Below the pieces are notes generated by a model. It saw only the letters and a list, made by a program, of their open reading frames with translations, ran no database searches and was not told the DNA's origin. Shown piece by piece: positions 19,021 through 28,942 of a DNA stretch of 64,000 nucleotides. Position 1 is the first letter of the stretch, and each line of letters opens with the position of its first letter. The stretch covers positions 56,455 to 120,454 of the forward strand of contig JAFNJB010000055.1 in the NCBI GenBank assembly GCA_017601245.1. Reading direction: 5' to 3'. A program made the translations under genes and the position numbers. This stretch comes from Candidatus Brockarchaeota archaeon. GTDB lineage: Archaea; Thermoproteota; EX4484-205; JAAOZP01.

Positions 19021-20385
19021 TTAAGGCGTACTCTTTAAATTTATTACAGACATGGCGTAGGAAACCGCTCTATCTATCAATTCTCTGTATTTCCCCAAAT
19101 AATTCTTTGGATTCATGGTTTCTATCAATTCTCCACGATCGATATACTTAGTGACTTCAGGATCACTTTCCAATACTTCTAGGAGGCTCTTATTCTCGGC
19201 AATAGCCTTCCTAGATAGTTTTCTAATAGTATCGTAAGCCTTCCTCCTCCCCATGCCCCTCCTAGCTAGTTTCATCATTACTGCTTCACTCATTATCCTG
19301 CCCCTTGTTAATTCTAAGTTCTTCAACATATTTTCAGGATAAACCCTTAGGTTCTTCAACACGTTCTCCATAGTAATCAGCATTTCATCGAGTAGTATCA
19401 TACACAATGGTATTGTAAATCTCTCATTACTGGAATTGGAAAGGTCTCTTTCATGCCATAATGGAATGTTTTCTAGAGCAGGTATTACCATACCCCTCAG
19501 TAATTTAGCGAGTCCGGATACCTTCTCACTATCGACAGGGTTCTGTTTCTGAGGCATCGTGCTACTTCCACGTTGTTGCTCGCCAAAGCCTTCGGCAGCC
19601 TCCATTATCTCTGTTCTTTGCAGATTCCTTATTTCAACAGCTATCCTATCTAAGCTTGAACCTAATAACGCTGCCCAAAGCATTAATTCAGCGAACCTGT
19701 CTCTGCAAATTACCTGTGTCGCTATCTCAACCGGTTCAAGGCCAAGCCTACTCATAGTCTTCTCCTCTATCAAGAGGGCTTTTTCTCCGAAGGCCGCCAT
19801 AGTACCAACCGCCCCGCCGATCTTTCCCCTCAATACTCTTTTTGAGAGCTGCATCATTCTCTCATAGTTTCTAGCAAGCTCAGCAGCGTAAACAGCGAAT
19901 TTGAATCCAAGCGTTATAGGAATGGCATGTTGACCGTGAGTTCTACCTGGCATTACAAAATCCCTGTATTTCTCAGCCATGCTACATAGGGTTTCTATGA
20001 GGGAAGTCAATCTATTACCGATTATGCTAAAAGCCTCTTTCAGTTGTAGTACCAATGCTGTATCTGTTATATCATTGCTAGTCGCACCCCAGTGGACATA
20101 TTCTCCATATTCTCCACATTCTTCGGAAAGCACTTCCACCATAGCCGCTATGTCATGCTTAGTTATTTTCTCCCTCTCTTTTACTCTGTCAACAGTAACT
20201 ATACTGGAAACCGCTTTGCTTCTTATCATTAAAGCGGCTTCTTGCGGTATCTCTCCTACTTCGGCTAAGGCTTCTGCTAAAGCCGCCTCTACATCAAGCA
20301 TTTTCTGAAGCCTGTTCTCCTCTTCGAAAATTCTCCTCATCTCGATGGAACCGTACCTGCCTGTGTCTATTGGGCAAATCGGCAT
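19021..20385 (-). CDS. purB: Adenylosuccinate lyase
   Basis: HWGATSND, GRTHGQHA, GSSTMPQKQNP, WHERDLSNS. Confidence 0.97.
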   Translation of the reverse strand: MPICPIDTGRYGSIEMRRIFEEENRLQKMLDVEAALAEALAEVGEIPQEAALMIRSKAVSSIVTVDRVKEREKITKHDIAAMVEVLSEECGEYGEYVHWGATSNDITDTALVLQLKEAFSIIGNRLTSLIETLCSMAEKYRDFVMPGRTHGQHAIPITLGFKFAVYAAELARNYERMMQLSKRVLRGKIGGAVGTMAAFGEKALLIEEKTMSRLGLEPVEIATQVICRDRFAELMLWAALLGSSLDRIAVEIRNLQRTEIMEAAEGFGEQQRGSSTMPQKQNPVDSEKVSGLAKLLRGMVIPALENIPLWHERDLSNSSNERFTIPLCMILLDEMLITMENVLKNLRVYPENMLKNLELTRGRIMSEAVMMKLARRGMGRRKAYDTIRKLSRKAIAENKSLLEVLESDPEVTKYIDRGELIETMNPKNYLGKYRELIDRAVSYAMSVINLKSTP

Positions 20386-20469
20386 GTCACGAAAATCCCA
20401 CTCAGGTTAATTAAGTTTGCTAAGCTTTTTATGGGAGGACTACGATGCTACATTAATTTTGGGGCTTAA

Positions 20470-20510
20470 ACTTTATATCAAGGTATTCTAATAACTAAGA
20501 AGGAGGTGAG
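20470..20510 (+). promoter_or_regulatory. TATA box and Shine-Dalgarno site of htpX
   Basis: TTTATAT at 20472-20478; AGGAGGTGA at 20501-20509, 6 nt before the ATG. Confidence 0.7.
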
Positions 20511-20515
20511 CTTTA

Positions 20516-21499
20516 ATGAATCTATGGAAATTGAGGCTTAACATGATTGTCACGATGATGCTGGTTATTACAGTTACTACCGGTTTCTTAGCAGTCATAC
20601 TTTCAATCATGGGGGTTTCGCTGTTTTTAATGTTGCCCATAATAATACTGTGGAACCTTGTTCAATGGCTTATTGGCCCATATCTAATAGATTACATATA
20701 CCGTGTAAGGCCTTTAAACGAGGGAGAACTACCATGGCTTGAGCAGAGTGTAGAAAAGCTTTCTGAGAGAAGCGGGTTTAAAAAAGCTCCCAAAATAATG
20801 ATTTCAGATATTCCTTTGCCCAATGCTTTCGCGTATGGGAGTCCTCTAACGGGTTCAAGAGTGGCGGTGACAAGAGGCTTACTAGATAATTTAAACGAGG
20901 CTGAGGTTGAAGCAGTCATAGGACATGAGTTGGGACATCTCAAACATAAGGATGTTCAAATAATGATGTTTCTCTCTGTCCTTCCTGCAATAGTCTACTG
21001 GATAGCATACTCTCTCTATTACTCTGGTGTCTTTTCTTCCCGTTCAAGTAGGGAGAGGGGTAATGGCGGGCTTCTCCTGCTTGTGGGTATGCTTGGTATG
21101 GCACTATACTATATACTAACCCTCCTTATCTTGAGTTTTAGCAGGAGTAGGGAGTATTATGCAGATTACCATGGTTCCACAGTGTCTGATGGAGGCCCGT
21201 TAAGCCTTGCGAGTGCTCTCGTGAAAATATCTGATGTTAATGCTAGGACGCGTGAAAGGGTTAAAACATCATTAGCGGGATACGCTTCCTTCAAGACGCT
21301 TCTCATAGTAGACCCTGAAGCAAGTACTAAAGCAGAGCTTGGGAGAACGTATGACATTCGTTCCCTTGAAGAATTCGCCTCCAGGGATATTACTGCATCC
21401 GAAAGACTTGTAGAAGCATTGAGCACTCATCCTAATGTTAAGAAACGAGTTAGAAATCTCTTAGAACTTCATAAAGCTTTAAGTGGGCAACCGCAGTAA
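20516..21499 (+). CDS. htpX: HtpX membrane zinc metalloprotease (M48)
   Basis: PNAFAYG, VAVTRGL, HELGHLKHKD, SRSREYYAD, STHP. Confidence 0.95.
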   Translation: MNLWKLRLNMIVTMMLVITVTTGFLAVILSIMGVSLFLMLPIIILWNLVQWLIGPYLIDYIYRVRPLNEGELPWLEQSVEKLSERSGFKKAPKIMISDIPLPNAFAYGSPLTGSRVAVTRGLLDNLNEAEVEAVIGHELGHLKHKDVQIMMFLSVLPAIVYWIAYSLYYSGVFSSRSSRERGNGGLLLLVGMLGMALYYILTLLILSFSRSREYYADYHGSTVSDGGPLSLASALVKISDVNARTRERVKTSLAGYASFKTLLIVDPEASTKAELGRTYDIRSLEEFASRDITASERLVEALSTHPNVKKRVRNLLELHKALSGQPQ

Positions 21500-21797
21500 T
21501 CTACAGTCTTTCAATAGTTCTCTAAAAACAGGAGCTTCTTTTTAATTTCCAACCCAACTATAATGATGACGCGCTTCTAACCAATCCTCGTCAGAATCCT
21601 CATTTTTTAACTCTCGGAACATCTATGGATTTAACCCATTTTTAGAGCTGGATGTAGAAAGAAATCTTGTTTTTGAAAAATGAACTTTTTTAGATTTTTT
21701 TAAGGCATGTTGCCTTTTTTTGAACATTTTAAAACTGAAATATCGTTAAAACGCTTATTAACAACGCTAAACACATTTTTTTAGGTGTGCTGAAACG

Positions 21798-22511
21798 ATG
21801 AGCATCTGTAAAAATAATGGAAGAAACGATTTGAAAATACTGGCTATGATAGCAGTTGCATTGATTTCAGCTCTAATGCTACTATCCTTTATCCGAGCTT
21901 CAGGAGATACTGACTCCGACGAGGAGAATTATATATGGGAAGAGTATTATGAGGACAACATTACTATCCCCTTCGAAGATTTTACAATGTCTCTAGACAA
22001 TGAAACAATGCCATTTTCCCTTGGTAAGAATATGTCAGTGCTGATACGGAATATTACTCAAACGCATAGGGAAAACCTACTGAGAATAAGACTCCAAAGG
22101 AGGATGATGCTCAACAATACTTGGCGTGAAAGACTTAGGATACTGAACCAGACCAAAAACGAGATGAGGGCTTGCATAGAAGAGAGAAATAGAGAGATGG
22201 AGAGGCTCCGTGAAATGTTGAGAAACGGTAACATTACACGTGAGGAATTCATAATGGAAATGAATAGGATAAGGCTTGAAGTGAGAACCAGGTTGAGTTT
22301 GTTAAAAGAGACTAGCAAAGAAGCGTTAAAGGCACTGCGGGAAAACATCTCCGAGGAGAATAAGAACTTCGCAAAACAGATTGTTGAAGAAAATCATAGA
22401 TTCCAGAAAGAGATGAAACAATTACATGAGAGGATAAGAGAGGAAGTGAAAGAGAAAGTTAGGGAGCAAGTTCAGAATAAAGGCGTTGGGAAAAATACGG
22501 GTAAAAAGTAA
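21798..22511 (+). CDS. Secreted or membrane-anchored coiled-coil protein
   Basis: Hydrophobic N-terminal helix, acidic linker, many N-x-T/S sequons, E/R/K-rich helical body. Confidence 0.7.
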   Translation: MSICKNNGRNDLKILAMIAVALISALMLLSFIRASGDTDSDEENYIWEEYYEDNITIPFEDFTMSLDNETMPFSLGKNMSVLIRNITQTHRENLLRIRLQRRMMLNNTWRERLRILNQTKNEMRACIEERNREMERLREMLRNGNITREEFIMEMNRIRLEVRTRLSLLKETSKEALKALRENISEENKNFAKQIVEENHRFQKEMKQLHERIREEVKEKVREQVQNKGVGKNTGKK

Positions 22512-22558
22512 TCCATAACTCATAAATTTTATATTTTTCCAGAAAAACTCTACATCAA

Positions 22559-23800
22559 ATGTTGCAGAAGTCTATCTCAAGATTTGTTTCGATAGTAGTT
22601 CTTTTAATAACAATCATTATCTTACGAGAACCGCTTTCGATTAGGGGTGAATTTGAGTTTCAAACAACCTATAGGATAATCCTCCATGAAGATTCGTCAG
22701 CAACATGGATAGTCAAACTCTCGACACCTTTGCTTTCAGAAGAGGATAAGAAGGATTTTGAGGAATTTATGAAAAACGCTGACAGGGAGAGCATGCTATC
22801 CAGCTTCAAATCTACTATAGAAAACATAGTTAATAGGGCATCATTAATAACTGGGAGACCAATGTTGCCTAAGGATTTTAATCTTGAAATAGACTTTGGA
22901 GGTGGGATAATTAAACAACTTGGAATCATAGAGTACAGGTTTACTTGGGTTGGCTTCAGTCTTAAAACGCTTGATAAGATTGAAGTCGGAGATGTTTTCG
23001 AAGGAGGGTTCTATCTCTTTTCGGATGAAGTGCTTGAAATAGATTACTCAGAGTTGGCTGAAAACTACTTTCTAGAAATGGTAAGTCCCCATCCTTCAAA
23101 GGAAGAGTCTTCGAAAGTAACATGGTTTGGAAAACTTGACTTCTCTGATTGTGAGCCCCGATTGGTGTTCCAAAACAGGGTTTTAACTGTTGAAGAATTC
23201 TTATTAAACAATACTCGTGTTGAAAAAGGTCTTTCTCTAAGGGCTTACGGTAAGATTAGTCCACCAGTATCCAATTTAATCATTCATATAGTTTACAAAA
23301 ACCCCGAAGGCTTGGAAATCGTTAGAATGGTTACTGTAGGTAGTGATGGTTATTTTTCAGACGATTATACTCCAAATCTTGTTGGATCCTGGAGCGTTTC
23401 TTTACGATTACCATCCAATTCTAAGTATAAGATTAACAATCTTCCGCAACACATTATATTCTCAGTCTACGAAGAAGCAGAGAGCACTGAAGGTTCAGAG
23501 ACCTATCGATTATTGATCATTATAGCAGTTCTCATGGTAATAACCTTAGTCTCAGCTTCATTGATTCTATACCGTCGTAGGAAGAAACCGTCCTTGCCCT
23601 CAGACGAATACATGATTTCAGATGAAGAACTAGTACTTAGAATACTCAAGAACTCTGGGGGTAGATTGTTACAAAAACAGATAAAGGAAGCAACAGGCTT
23701 TTCAAAGGCAAAGACCTCAATGGTTTTGAACGAGCTTCAGAAGAAGGGATTAATTAGGAAAATAAAACGTGGAAGAGAATACTTGGTTGAATTAGCGTAA
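22559..23800 (+). CDS. Membrane-spanning one-component regulator: extracellular domain, TM helix, cytoplasmic winged HTH
   Basis: Signal peptide; DSSATW and IEVGDVF extracellular motifs; TM helix followed by RRRKK; SDEELVLRILKNSGGRLLQKQIKEATGFSKAKTS...IKRGRE wHTH. Confidence 0.82.
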   Translation: MLQKSISRFVSIVVLLITIIILREPLSIRGEFEFQTTYRIILHEDSSATWIVKLSTPLLSEEDKKDFEEFMKNADRESMLSSFKSTIENIVNRASLITGRPMLPKDFNLEIDFGGGIIKQLGIIEYRFTWVGFSLKTLDKIEVGDVFEGGFYLFSDEVLEIDYSELAENYFLEMVSPHPSKEESSKVTWFGKLDFSDCEPRLVFQNRVLTVEEFLLNNTRVEKGLSLRAYGKISPPVSNLIIHIVYKNPEGLEIVRMVTVGSDGYFSDDYTPNLVGSWSVSLRLPSNSKYKINNLPQHIIFSVYEEAESTEGSETYRLLIIIAVLMVITLVSASLILYRRRKKPSLPSDEYMISDEELVLRILKNSGGRLLQKQIKEATGFSKAKTSMVLNELQKKGLIRKIKRGREYLVELA

Positions 23801-23808
23801 TTCCGATT

Positions 23809-24444
23809 CTATTTCAGTATTTTCCCAGTATCCATATACCAGAGGTAAAGGTCCAGCTCCGCCAAAGAGATATTTAATTCTTCAGCTACTCTAGAGAGAA
23901 TTTTCTCTATTTCTAAATACTTGATTTCTGAAAGAACAGTAGGGATGTGTTTTATTAATCCATGCTCATGCAGAATTCTTAAAACATGCCTATCTATTAT
24001 TGCAAGGTTCTTGAAGCCTATGTTCCTAAGGAAATGACTGGCTTCTTTAAACCCTAATCCTAGGACGTTTTTTACAAGCCATTTCCTGATTTCCAACGGA
24101 TCCTTATCGCTCTTAACTGTCTTCCATACCTCGTTATAGATTTTTCTTGCTTCAACTATATATCTAGCTCTGCTCTTAGGATACCTGTGTCCGAGTCTTC
24201 TAAGCTTTTCAGCAAGGCTAAACTCATCAAGATTGAAGAAATCTTCTTCACACTCTCTTTGTATCCTTAATCCCCCTTCAGCGGAATAATTAGCAGTAAG
24301 TATGCAGAAGCAGAGCTCGCTGAAAGTCTTATCTCTATCTCTTCCCGTTTCTTCAAAGCTCTTAATTCTGTTCAGGACTGTTTCACTAACCTCTCTATCA
24401 GAGATGATTTTCCTCAGACTCCTAAGCAGGCTTCCCCATCCCAA
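23809..24444 (-). CDS. ogg: 8-oxoguanine N-glycosylase/AP lyase (OGG2 type)
   Basis: FSELCFCILTAN, GHRYP, GLGFKEASHFLRNIG (HhH Lys), AIIDRH, ELDLYLWYMDTGKILK. Confidence 0.94.
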   Translation of the reverse strand: MGWGSLLRSLRKIISDREVSETVLNRIKSFEETGRDRDKTFSELCFCILTANYSAEGGLRIQRECEEDFFNLDEFSLAEKLRRLGHRYPKSRARYIVEARKIYNEVWKTVKSDKDPLEIRKWLVKNVLGLGFKEASHFLRNIGFKNLAIIDRHVLRILHEHGLIKHIPTVLSEIKYLEIEKILSRVAEELNISLAELDLYLWYMDTGKILK

Positions 24445-24513
24445 TATGTGATTTCATTACTAATCGTCAAAGATTTAAAACTCTTAAAAACGCCTTCTAA
24501 AGTGAATATTACG

Positions 24514-26055
24514 ATGAGGAGGTGGCTTGATACCGTAATACCGTTTCTTCCAGAAGTCGTGACGAGTGCTGATATGGCTGCCATAGAGGAAAATGCTGAA
24601 GCACTCGGTTTTCCAAGAATATGCATGATGGAGAATGCTGGTTCTGCAACGGCAAGATTCATATCCTCAAAGGTTGATGTTAAAGGAAAATCCTTTCTAA
24701 TTATATGTGGTACTGGTAATAATGGTGGAGATGGTTTCGTAGTCGCTAGGCATTTGAGGAATATGGGTGCTCACGTTATAGTTGTTCTGGTAGGCAGGCC
24801 TCAGGATATTAGGAGTATGGAGGCTAGGACAAATTGGAACCTCCTTCTACACATGGAAGAAGTAGAAAAGATTGTGATTAACGACTCGTCGGAAACGGGT
24901 ATTATCAGAGAGATACTTGAGAAATGTGACTATGTAGTTGACTCGATGCTTGGAACTGGCTTTAAGGGGACTTTGAAAGAACCATTCGCTTCAATCGTGA
25001 GGGAGTTGAATTCTTCCAATAAGATCATTTTTGCAGTCGATATCCCAACCGGCTTAGGCCCGGAAAGTAGTGAAGAAGACCTGGTCGTTAAAGCATCGTA
25101 TACAATAACATTCCATAAGACCAAGGATTTTCTAAGTAAGTATAAACATGCCGGCGAAGTCGTAGTGGCTGATATAGGTATTCCTCTTGAAGCCGAATTG
25201 TACACCGGCCCGGGGGATGTTAGGAGGGTTATTAAGAGTAGGAAAAAGTTTTCACATAAGGGAGATTACGGTTACGTTCTAGTAGTTGGAGGTAGTGAAA
25301 CCTTTTCTGGTGCACCGGCCTTAGCAGCATTATCAGCACTCAGAGTTGGGGTGGGGCTATCTATCGTAGCCGCGCCAGAATCCGTAGCTAGTTCGATTAG
25401 AGCAATTACGCCAGACCTCGTCGTATATGAGCTTCCAGGTAAACATCTCAATAATAAAGCATTGGATGTACTTTCAAAACTCATGGAGAAAGTTGATTCA
25501 TTAGTAATCGGTCCTGGTATAGGTCTTCACGAAGAAACTATTGAAACTGTTAAAATTCTAATTGAAGAAGCTAAGAGCAAATCATTACCCATAGTTGTCG
25601 ACGCGGACGGTTTTAAATCGCTAAAATCTTTTCCAAACTTGCTTAAGGGGGTTGTCGCCACTCCTCACCGGGGGGAATTCAAACACGTTTTTGACAAGGA
25701 GCTTAAGGAGAAATGGTTTGAAAACATTCCGATATTAATAGAGCTCTCCAAGAAATACGATTTCACAATACTTCTAAAAGGCTTTGAAACAATCGTTACA
25801 GACGGTACGAGGCTTAAGGTGAATAAACACGCTACACCAGGACTCGCCGTCGGAGGCACTGGGGATGTGTTATCTGGCATAATAGCTGCCTTCCTAGCAT
25901 GGGGTAATGATGGCTTTAGCTCAGCGGCGGCTGCGGCGTATGTTCACGGAGACGCTGGCTTAAAGGCTGTCGGGGAAAAAGGCTTTCACATAACCGCATC
26001 AGACTTGATAGATAAAATACCGGAAGCCATGAAGATATTTGACAAGGAGGAATAG
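24514..26055 (+). CDS. nnr: Bifunctional NAD(P)H-hydrate epimerase/dehydratase (start re-called to ATG 24514)
   Basis: MMENAG, CGTGNNGGDG, AVDIPTG, SHKGDYG, IGPGIG, VVDADG, TPHRGEF, GGTGDVLSG. Confidence 0.94.
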   Translation: MRRWLDTVIPFLPEVVTSADMAAIEENAEALGFPRICMMENAGSATARFISSKVDVKGKSFLIICGTGNNGGDGFVVARHLRNMGAHVIVVLVGRPQDIRSMEARTNWNLLLHMEEVEKIVINDSSETGIIREILEKCDYVVDSMLGTGFKGTLKEPFASIVRELNSSNKIIFAVDIPTGLGPESSEEDLVVKASYTITFHKTKDFLSKYKHAGEVVVADIGIPLEAELYTGPGDVRRVIKSRKKFSHKGDYGYVLVVGGSETFSGAPALAALSALRVGVGLSIVAAPESVASSIRAITPDLVVYELPGKHLNNKALDVLSKLMEKVDSLVIGPGIGLHEETIETVKILIEEAKSKSLPIVVDADGFKSLKSFPNLLKGVVATPHRGEFKHVFDKELKEKWFENIPILIELSKKYDFTILLKGFETIVTDGTRLKVNKHATPGLAVGGTGDVLSGIIAAFLAWGNDGFSSAAAAAYVHGDAGLKAVGEKGFHITASDLIDKIPEAMKIFDKEE

Positions 26056-26067
26056 TCTTCCCTAGTT

Positions 26068-26790
26068 ATGAGCTCGAAGCAAAAGATATTCGTAGGTACT
26101 TCAGGCTGGAGTTATGATTGGAATCCTAATGGCTTCGACTGGTATGTCAAGAACTCCGGTTTGAACAGTGTTGAGCTTAACGCTAGTTTCTACAGGTTTC
26201 CCTTTAGGAATCAAGTTTGTTCTTGGGCCAAGAAAACACCGAGAGGATTCAGGTGGGCGGTTAAAGTCTCCAGGATAGTTACACACGTGTACAGGATGGG
26301 CAGTAAAGCAGTTAAGACGTTTAACAAGTTCATTGATTTGTTTAAACCTCTTGAGGAAAGCATAGATTTCTACTTATTTCAACTTCCGCCTTTCATGGAA
26401 CCGAGTCATAACACGATTAGGAACATAGAGCGATTCTTTAAGGAAGTTGGGATTGTTGAAAAAGCTGCAATGGAGTGGAGAAACTTAAAATGGTTCTCAG
26501 GAGAATGGGAAGAATGGGCTAGTGAAAGAGGTATTACAGTAGTCTCTGTGGACGCCCCGGACTTACCAAGGCATGTTTTCAACACGACGGGGATAGTCTA
26601 CTTGAGGATGCACGGTAGGTCATCATGGTATTCTCACAATTACACCATTAATGAGCTTAATGAGATTGTAAAGAGAGTGATTGAGGCTAAACCAAAGAGA
26701 ATATACGTTTTCTTAAACAATGACCATTACATGATCGAAAATGCTAGAACAATTCTCAAAATCTTTGAGAATGTTATGTTGGAAACTTAA
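26068..26790 (+). CDS. DUF72 TIM-barrel protein
   Basis: VGTSGWSY, VELNASFYRFP, FQLPP, YLRMHG, YVFLNND. Confidence 0.92.
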   Translation: MSSKQKIFVGTSGWSYDWNPNGFDWYVKNSGLNSVELNASFYRFPFRNQVCSWAKKTPRGFRWAVKVSRIVTHVYRMGSKAVKTFNKFIDLFKPLEESIDFYLFQLPPFMEPSHNTIRNIERFFKEVGIVEKAAMEWRNLKWFSGEWEEWASERGITVVSVDAPDLPRHVFNTTGIVYLRMHGRSSWYSHNYTINELNEIVKRVIEAKPKRIYVFLNNDHYMIENARTILKIFENVMLET

Positions 26791-26835
26791 CAAGCGATAA
26801 GTTTATTTCTCTCTCAAAATGCTTAAATTAACGCA

Positions 26836-27318
26836 TTGTCGATAACAGTGCCATACGTACCATCGCCACCTGAAGTTGTTGAGAAAATGCTTGAAATCGC
26901 TAAAGTTACGCCTGACGACGTTGTTTACGATTTAGGATGTGGAGATGGTAGGCTTCTTATTACAGCTATTAAGAAATTCGGCGCGAGGAAAGCAGTCGGA
27001 TACGAGATAAGGAAGGATCTTTACGAGGATCTAATCAGAAAAATAGAGAGGGAAGGCTTGTCAAGTAGGATAATTGTTTACAATGAAGACTTGTTGAATG
27101 CAGACTTGTCTGAAGCAACAGTAGTAACCCTATTCTTAACAACGTCTGCAAACGAAAAAATAAAACCGAAGCTTGAAGCCGAACTTAAGCCTGGGGCGAG
27201 AATAGTTAGCCACGAGTTCACGTTTAAAGACTGGGTTCCTCAAAAGGTTGAAACACTATCATGGCACAAGATATACCTCTACGTATTCCCAGACTGTAGC
27301 AATTGTAGGAAGAGGTAG
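26836..27318 (+). CDS. Class I SAM-dependent methyltransferase, archaeal protein-lysine MTase (aKMT/FAM173-like)
   Basis: VPYVPSP, YDLGCGDGR, VVTLFL, LKPGARIVSHEF. Confidence 0.85.
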   Translation: MSITVPYVPSPPEVVEKMLEIAKVTPDDVVYDLGCGDGRLLITAIKKFGARKAVGYEIRKDLYEDLIRKIEREGLSSRIIVYNEDLLNADLSEATVVTLFLTTSANEKIKPKLEAELKPGARIVSHEFTFKDWVPQKVETLSWHKIYLYVFPDCSNCRKR

Positions 27319-27321
27319 GCA

Positions 27322-28008
27322 TCAAAGCTTTTTTGATAAAAGTTGTCCGAAAGAGCAATACTTTAATAAAACGCAATTTCTGCAAAGAGGATTCTTAGCC
27401 TTACACGTCCTCCTACCATGTTCTATCAGTAAGAGATGAGCTTTCAAATAGTATTTCGGCGGGAAAAATTTCATAAGCTTTACACGAGCCTCTTCATAAT
27501 CGTCTTTTTCATCCACTATTCCAAGCCTCCGAGAAACTCTGGAAACATGAGTATCTATGGGGAAAGTAGGTTTTCCTCCTGCAAATAAAAGCATTACATC
27601 AGCTGTCTTAGGGCCGACTCCTGGGAGGCTCATTAATTCGCTCCTCGCCTCTTCAAGGGGCTTCTCAAAAATCTGCTCAAGCCTGCCACCATATTTCTCA
27701 ATTACGATCTTAGCGAGTTTTTTAATTACAGTAGCCTTAACATTGTAAAGGCCAGAGGACCTTATAGCAGACTTCAAAACTTTCAAATCAGCCCTTAAAA
27801 TCTTCTCCGGAGTTATTCCAATCCTCTCCCTGAGCTTTTTCAATGATTTTGCAGTATTCTTATCGCTAGTGTTTTGCGATAGAATGGTTGCTATAAGTAA
27901 TTCAAAGGGAGTCTTACTTGAGAGAACTGGGAAATCCTTATCATCAAACCGGATTTCATCTTCCAGCTTCTTAAGGACTATGTTACTGCTTAATTTTTTT
28001 ATTCTCAA
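27322..28008 (-). CDS. nth: Endonuclease III (HhH-GPD glycosylase, 4Fe-4S)
   Basis: PFELLIATILSQNT, LPGVGPKTAD, PIDTHV, C-x6-C-x2-C-x5-C cluster. Confidence 0.95.
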   Translation of the reverse strand: MRIKKLSSNIVLKKLEDEIRFDDKDFPVLSSKTPFELLIATILSQNTSDKNTAKSLKKLRERIGITPEKILRADLKVLKSAIRSSGLYNVKATVIKKLAKIVIEKYGGRLEQIFEKPLEEARSELMSLPGVGPKTADVMLLFAGGKPTFPIDTHVSRVSRRLGIVDEKDDYEEARVKLMKFFPPKYYLKAHLLLIEHGRRTCKAKNPLCRNCVLLKYCSFGQLLSKKL

Positions 28009-28216
28009 TACTGTTTCTGGACGATTAATCTTTAATCAGTTTTAAAAATTACGTCTGCCGCAAAAACTAAGCTTGCAAAAGCAATTACCAAAAACTGTTT
28101 TTTATCAGTAACAAATAATTTATAAACTTATCTTTTAAAATCATTTCAAAATCTTTTGGAAAAATGTCGAGCAATTAGAACACCGATATATATAGAGCCT
28201 AGTACCATAACGTTCG

Positions 28217-28942
28217 GTGAAAACATTGGGAAAAATAAATATCAAGAATAAATGTTATCTAAGTCTGCATCTATTTAAGAAATTCCTGCAGAAAAAAGTA
28301 AATACGGCATTACCGTCAAGATTGGCATTAGTACTTTCCATTATATTAGGCATCGTTATTGTCTCTTTAATAGCCTCTTCTACTCTGAGAGGCCTTGAGA
28401 ACTCGCGATTAAGCGAAGCCTATACTGCCCCTGGAGAAGCCGGGGAAAGCACATCCCCAACAATTATTTACATACCTTTTCTTACATCTCTTGAAATACG
28501 TAATCCTGAGATTGCTCGTAAATATGGTGTTAAGGGTTATTTGGAGATTAAGCTGGCAAACATCTCTTCTGCTAAAGGCAGGCCTGTGATAAGCGGTAAG
28601 AAGGGTAAAGAAACGAGAATACCGCTGCTATTACACTACGTATCTTATGATGAAGAATTCAACGAAATTAAAGTTGTTTTAGACCCGATGGGCCCAGGAT
28701 TGAGCATAATTAAGGTATTGCCCAATAGAGAGGAAGTACTCATAAACCGGTATGTGAGGTATGAGCCTTCAGGTTCTATAAGTATAAAGCATAATCAGAC
28801 GATAGAGGTTACAATGATAGTTAACGTTCCCAAAGGCTTTCCGCTGACGATTTTCGACTTGGGTGCAGTAGGTATTTACACAGAACCTGAAGAAGGTATC
28901 GCTATGATTAACGATACTTCAATGGAGGGGGTGTTTCCATGA
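28217..28942 (+). CDS. Hypothetical single-pass membrane protein with extracellular beta domain
   Basis: TM helix LALVLSIILGIVIVSLIA; TATATA box about 25 nt upstream; overlaps the next gene by 4 nt. Confidence 0.62.
   Translation: MKTLGKINIKNKCYLSLHLFKKFLQKKVNTALPSRLALVLSIILGIVIVSLIASSTLRGLENSRLSEAYTAPGEAGESTSPTIIYIPFLTSLEIRNPEIARKYGVKGYLEIKLANISSAKGRPVISGKKGKETRIPLLLHYVSYDEEFNEIKVVLDPMGPGLSIIKVLPNREEVLINRYVRYEPSGSISIKHNQTIEVTMIVNVPKGFPLTIFDLGAVGIYTEPEEGIAMINDTSMEGVFP

Noticed and set aside
21562-21600. ATGATGA...CTAA as a C/D-box sRNA
   Set aside because: The guide segment is too short, and there is no convincing C' box or terminal CTGA.
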